Below, one piece after another: positions 3,901-6,610 of a stretch of 64,000 nt of DNA. Every line of letters begins with the position of its first letter. Within the stretch, counting starts at the first letter, position 1. Source of the stretch: Verrucomicrobiia bacterium (GTDB taxonomy: Bacteria; Verrucomicrobiota; Verrucomicrobiia; Limisphaerales; UBA11358); NCBI GenBank assembly GCA_035943555.1, contig DASZCA010000400.1, positions 1,883-65,882 of the forward strand, in the 5' to 3' direction. The notes below the pieces were generated by a model. It was given only the letters and a program-made list of their open reading frames with translations. It was not told the origin of the DNA and made no database searches. The position numbers were made by a program, and so were the translations under genes.

Positions 3901-4912
3901 TAGCAGCGACATTGGCAATGTTGGAGTTACCGGCAGCGCGGGCTACGCCGGTGGAACCTTTTCGGTCAATGGTGGGGGTGCCGACATTTGGAACACGGCG
4001 GATGCCTTTCGATATGTTTATCAATCCGTCGTCGGAAATTGCGATCTTCGGGCGCGGGTGGCCAGCGTCGTTCAACCGACTTCCGGTTCCGCAAAGGCAT
4101 CCGTGATGATTCGCGAAAAACTTGCCGCCAATTCCCGGCAGGCGATGATGGATGTGGAGTCAAGCGGGGCACCGGAATTTATCCTGCGGTCAACCACCGG
4201 CGGTTCGTCAACAGATATCGCGAACGGTTCGGGTTCACCTCCGTTCTGGGTAAGGATGACGCGAACTAACAATATCTTCACCGCCTATCAAAGCGCGAAC
4301 GGATTTTTATGGTCACAAGTAGGCACGCCCCAGACGATTGCCATGTCCAATATGTTTTACGTCGGGCTGGCCGTGTGCGCGCACGACAACAGCACCATTG
4401 CTAAGGCCACTATCGATAATGTATCCGCCCTCTGGAACAATGCGCCGACTGCTTTGTCGGGCACTGCTAGTGACTCGCAAGTAAGCCTGACATGGAACCT
4501 CAGTGCCGGGGCAACCAGCTATAATTTGAAACGCTCCCTTTCCAATGGCGGACCCTATACAACCATATTAAGTACCACAGGCACGAACTTCACTGACATT
4601 GGATTGACTAACGGAACAATATATTACTACTTGGTCTCGTCAGTTGGTGGCGGCGGTGAGATCGCCAGTTCAAGCCAGGTGAGTGCCATGCCATTGCCGC
4701 CGCCGCCGGTCGTGCTGGCAGTCGGCTCATTCAATGCCGGACAGTTTGGCTTTTCATTTCAAGGGCAAACTAATCACAACTATGTAGTTCAGACCTCCAC
4801 CAATTTGACGGTCTGGTATACGGTGCAGACTAACGCTTCAGCCAATGGTTTGTTCATTTATACAAATTTCAACCCGACGGATGCTGTGCGCTTCTACCGG
4901 GTAAGCCAATAG
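983..4912 (+). CDS. Secreted multidomain protein: Kelch-type beta-propeller plus E-set (galactose-oxidase-like architecture), four FN3 modules, two concanavalin/DUF1349-like modules, divergent C-terminal FYRV module
   Basis: 1309-codon ORF. The likely real start is Met26 (nt 1058), giving the signal peptide MIGKVTDKCRRWLALLLMTCWLLSS. There are four FN3-like units (..TWN..SYNLKRS..YYYxV..). Two ~190-aa units begin PPW(I/L)(T/S)SDIG..GADIW and end (L/I)DNVS. The protein ends ..TSTNLTVWYTV..FYRVSQ. Confidence 0.7.
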   Translation: MNIQSFAPEKHSTQMPALTGEFQGFMIGKVTDKCRRWLALLLMTCWLLSSLRVHGGTWSALANPPPGGVNNALLLSDGTVIFGDGGQNWYRLTPDIHGSYVNGTWIQTASTSYTRLFYSSQVLTNGNVYVAGGEDGTGTAHAELYDTLANNWSVISQPSGASYSDANSKMLPSGNVLEATVGHAVYIYNTAQNVIVTGPSATGSQDEACWVRLPNDNVLTVDFASQNSEHYVPSLNEWVTDGNLPVAVYGYGEELGAAFVLPNGKVFQLGATPHTAIYTPGNNLTAAGSWVTGADIPNSLGQVDAPAAMMANGKILCAVGSTNGFNGPTSFYEYDYSADSFTQVNGPTGITYNNGPFASTMLDLPDGNVLFIGGQGTTSIYVYSPGGSPLAAGIPTISSITENADGSYHLAGVGLNGITGGAAYGDDWQMDTSYPLVRMTNNASGNVYYARTYNWSSTTIQNPNPVTTEFTLPPNMAAGTYSLVLTANGNASAPTTFTYSPLAAPLGFSAVIGNSQLGLSWNSVSNATAYNVFRSTNSGAYYVKVATINTLNYTDTGLLNGANYFYLVTAVGNGGPSAYSAELVAAPVGSPAVPTGLTAIADGNQRVDLTWNATLGATSYNLKRSPITGGGFTTIASPGGARYTDTNAVSGTAYYYVVSAVGPNGESGNSSQVTGGATLPPPWITSDIGAVGTVGSATYLNGTFTLKGSGADIWVAPDEFRYVYYAVTNNGPATSGCQLIARVATLQNTDGSAKAGVMIRETLDPSSAFAMVNVKPGSNGFEFITRTNGGSPVQNGGDNGSVPQWVEITRTNNAFNAYYSANSSSWTAMGGAVVIPMNNVFYVGLLVCSHNDGVICTATLDNVSLSGIAVPTIPAVPSSLSTVPGNGQATLSWSQSTGATTYSLKRSTTSGSGYTTVVSLFAGGTNGISYTDSGLAAGTTYYYVVTAVNGSFESGNSSQVSALPTGPLPSPWLSSDIGNVGVTGSAGYAGGTFSVNGGGADIWNTADAFRYVYQSVVGNCDLRARVASVVQPTSGSAKASVMIREKLAANSRQAMMDVESSGAPEFILRSTTGGSSTDIANGSGSPPFWVRMTRTNNIFTAYQSANGFLWSQVGTPQTIAMSNMFYVGLAVCAHDNSTIAKATIDNVSALWNNAPTALSGTASDSQVSLTWNLSAGATSYNLKRSLSNGGPYTTILSTTGTNFTDIGLTNGTIYYYLVSSVGGGGEIASSSQVSAMPLPPPPVVLAVGSFNAGQFGFSFQGQTNHNYVVQTSTNLTVWYTVQTNASANGLFIYTNFNPTDAVRFYRVSQ

Positions 4913-4981
4913 AATTTGGATTCAGTTGATACAATTTTTGCGAAGCGATAAAAAGTCAGTGCTGCATTCCTCAAAAGCAAC

Positions 4982-6579
4982 CTGAAATACCAAACTTTAC
5001 TGGTCTTTATTTTTTTATGCTGTGTCACGCTCAAGCTGACGAGCGCTCAAACAAACAAAATTCCTTATCTCGCGCAGCAAGGAACGGCCATGCAATTGAT
5101 AGTGGACGGCAAGCCGCTCTTGATACTGGGCGGCGAATTGCATAATTCCACTTCTTCCTACCCGGATTAGATGGAGCCCGTGTTGGCAAAATTCGCCGCC
5201 GGTCATCTCTATACCGCGCTCGCGGCAGTGTGCTGGGATTTGATCGAGCCGGAGGAAGGTAAGTTTGATTTCAGCCTGGTGGACGGAGCCATCAAGTCGG
5301 CTAGACGCCATATGGTTTGGCAGTTGGAAGAACGGCGTGTCCACTTACCCGCCGCTCTGGGTGAAAACAGATTTGAAACGTTTTCCGCGCGCCCAAGACA
5401 AGAATAGCAACAACCTAGATATTCTTTCGACCTTCAGCGAAACCAATCTAGCTGCCGATGCTCTCGGCTTCAAAACGCTTATGAAGCACATTCGCAAGGT
5501 AGACGGTAAGGCGCACACGGTCTTGATGGTTCAAGTTGAGAACGAAGAAGGAGTTTTAGGCGACTCGCGTGAGCGGTCGGTACTTGCGAATAAAGCTTTT
5601 AACCAACCAGTGCCCAATCAGCTGATACATTATCTCGTGCAGCACAAAGATACTTTGATGTCGGCGCTCCGTATGCGGTGGGAGGCGGGTGATTTTAAGA
5701 CTTCCGGAAATTGGGAGGAGGTTTTCGGAGTCAGCGAATACGGATGAGATGTTCATGGCGTGGAGCTATTCTCAATACGTCGGCAAGGTGGCGGCAGCCG
5801 GCAAAACCGAATATCCATTGCCGATGTTTGTGAATACCTGGATGGCTGACTGGCGGAAGTCATCCCTAATGAAGCCCGGCATCTATCCCAGTAGCGGCCA
5901 GATGCCTTTTGTAATGGACATCTGGAAGGCGGGTGGGCCGCAAATTAACATTTTGTCGTCTGATATTTATAGCAACTTTGAGGAGCGTTGCGCACTTTAT
6001 CATCGCGCCGATAATCCGCTGTTCATTCCCGAATTAGTCCGAGAGACGCGGACTTGCAGTGCCATTTTCCACGCCCTCGGACAATACGACTCCTTTGGTT
6101 TTTCGGCCTTTGGTATGGAAAGCCTGCCCGATTTTTCCGAAGAAATGGTAGATCCTATGCCGTCCTTGCACAAATCGCCCTGTTCTTTTGGCAAATCAGG
6201 GAAAGGGTGTAATTGGCGGCGCATTTCTGGACAAGGATCATTCCACACAGCTGCTGCTGGTGGGTGACTATAGGTTGAACTTAAGTATCGCTCGTCATTA
6301 TTCATTCACTACACCGGAATATTTTGCTGGCATCTTTATTCAGACTGGACCGGACGAATATCTCGCGGCTGGAAAAGGTATGGGTGTCACTTTTACTCCA
6401 AACACTCCGGGAAATGATCCGAGTGTCAGGGTTGCCTCGGTTGAAGAGGGTGTTTTTACGAACGGTCATTGGATTGCCGGCCGCCGGTTGAATGGCGATG
6501 AAACTCTTTCGGGAAGAGGCCTGCGGTTCGGGGGGGGGACTACACCATTCAACGCGTCAAGTTGTATCGCTGCCGTTGA
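4982..6579 (+). pseudogene. Eroded GH35/GH42-like beta-galactosidase with DUF5597-type C-terminus (multiple frameshifts and one nonsense codon)
   Basis: Homology runs across four overlapping ORFs in different frames (5171-5407, 5265-5747, 5689-6267, 6188-6706). There is an in-frame TAG at 5168-5170 (..GGELHNSTSSYPD*MEPV..). Frame changes lie near 5300-5312, 5720-5735, ~6150 and ~6185, and at a G8 run (6533-6540). After the G8 run the correct frame reads YTIQRVKLYRCR* (stop 6577-6579). No usable start codon precedes the signal-peptide-like LKYQTLLVFIFLCCVTLKLTSAQ. Family motifs include LWFGSWKNG-like (AIWFGSWKNGVSTYPPLWVK) and MVQVENEEG. Confidence 0.75.
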
Positions 6580-6610
6580 GAATGATCTAGCAGCGTTTGG
6601 CTGGCGAACT

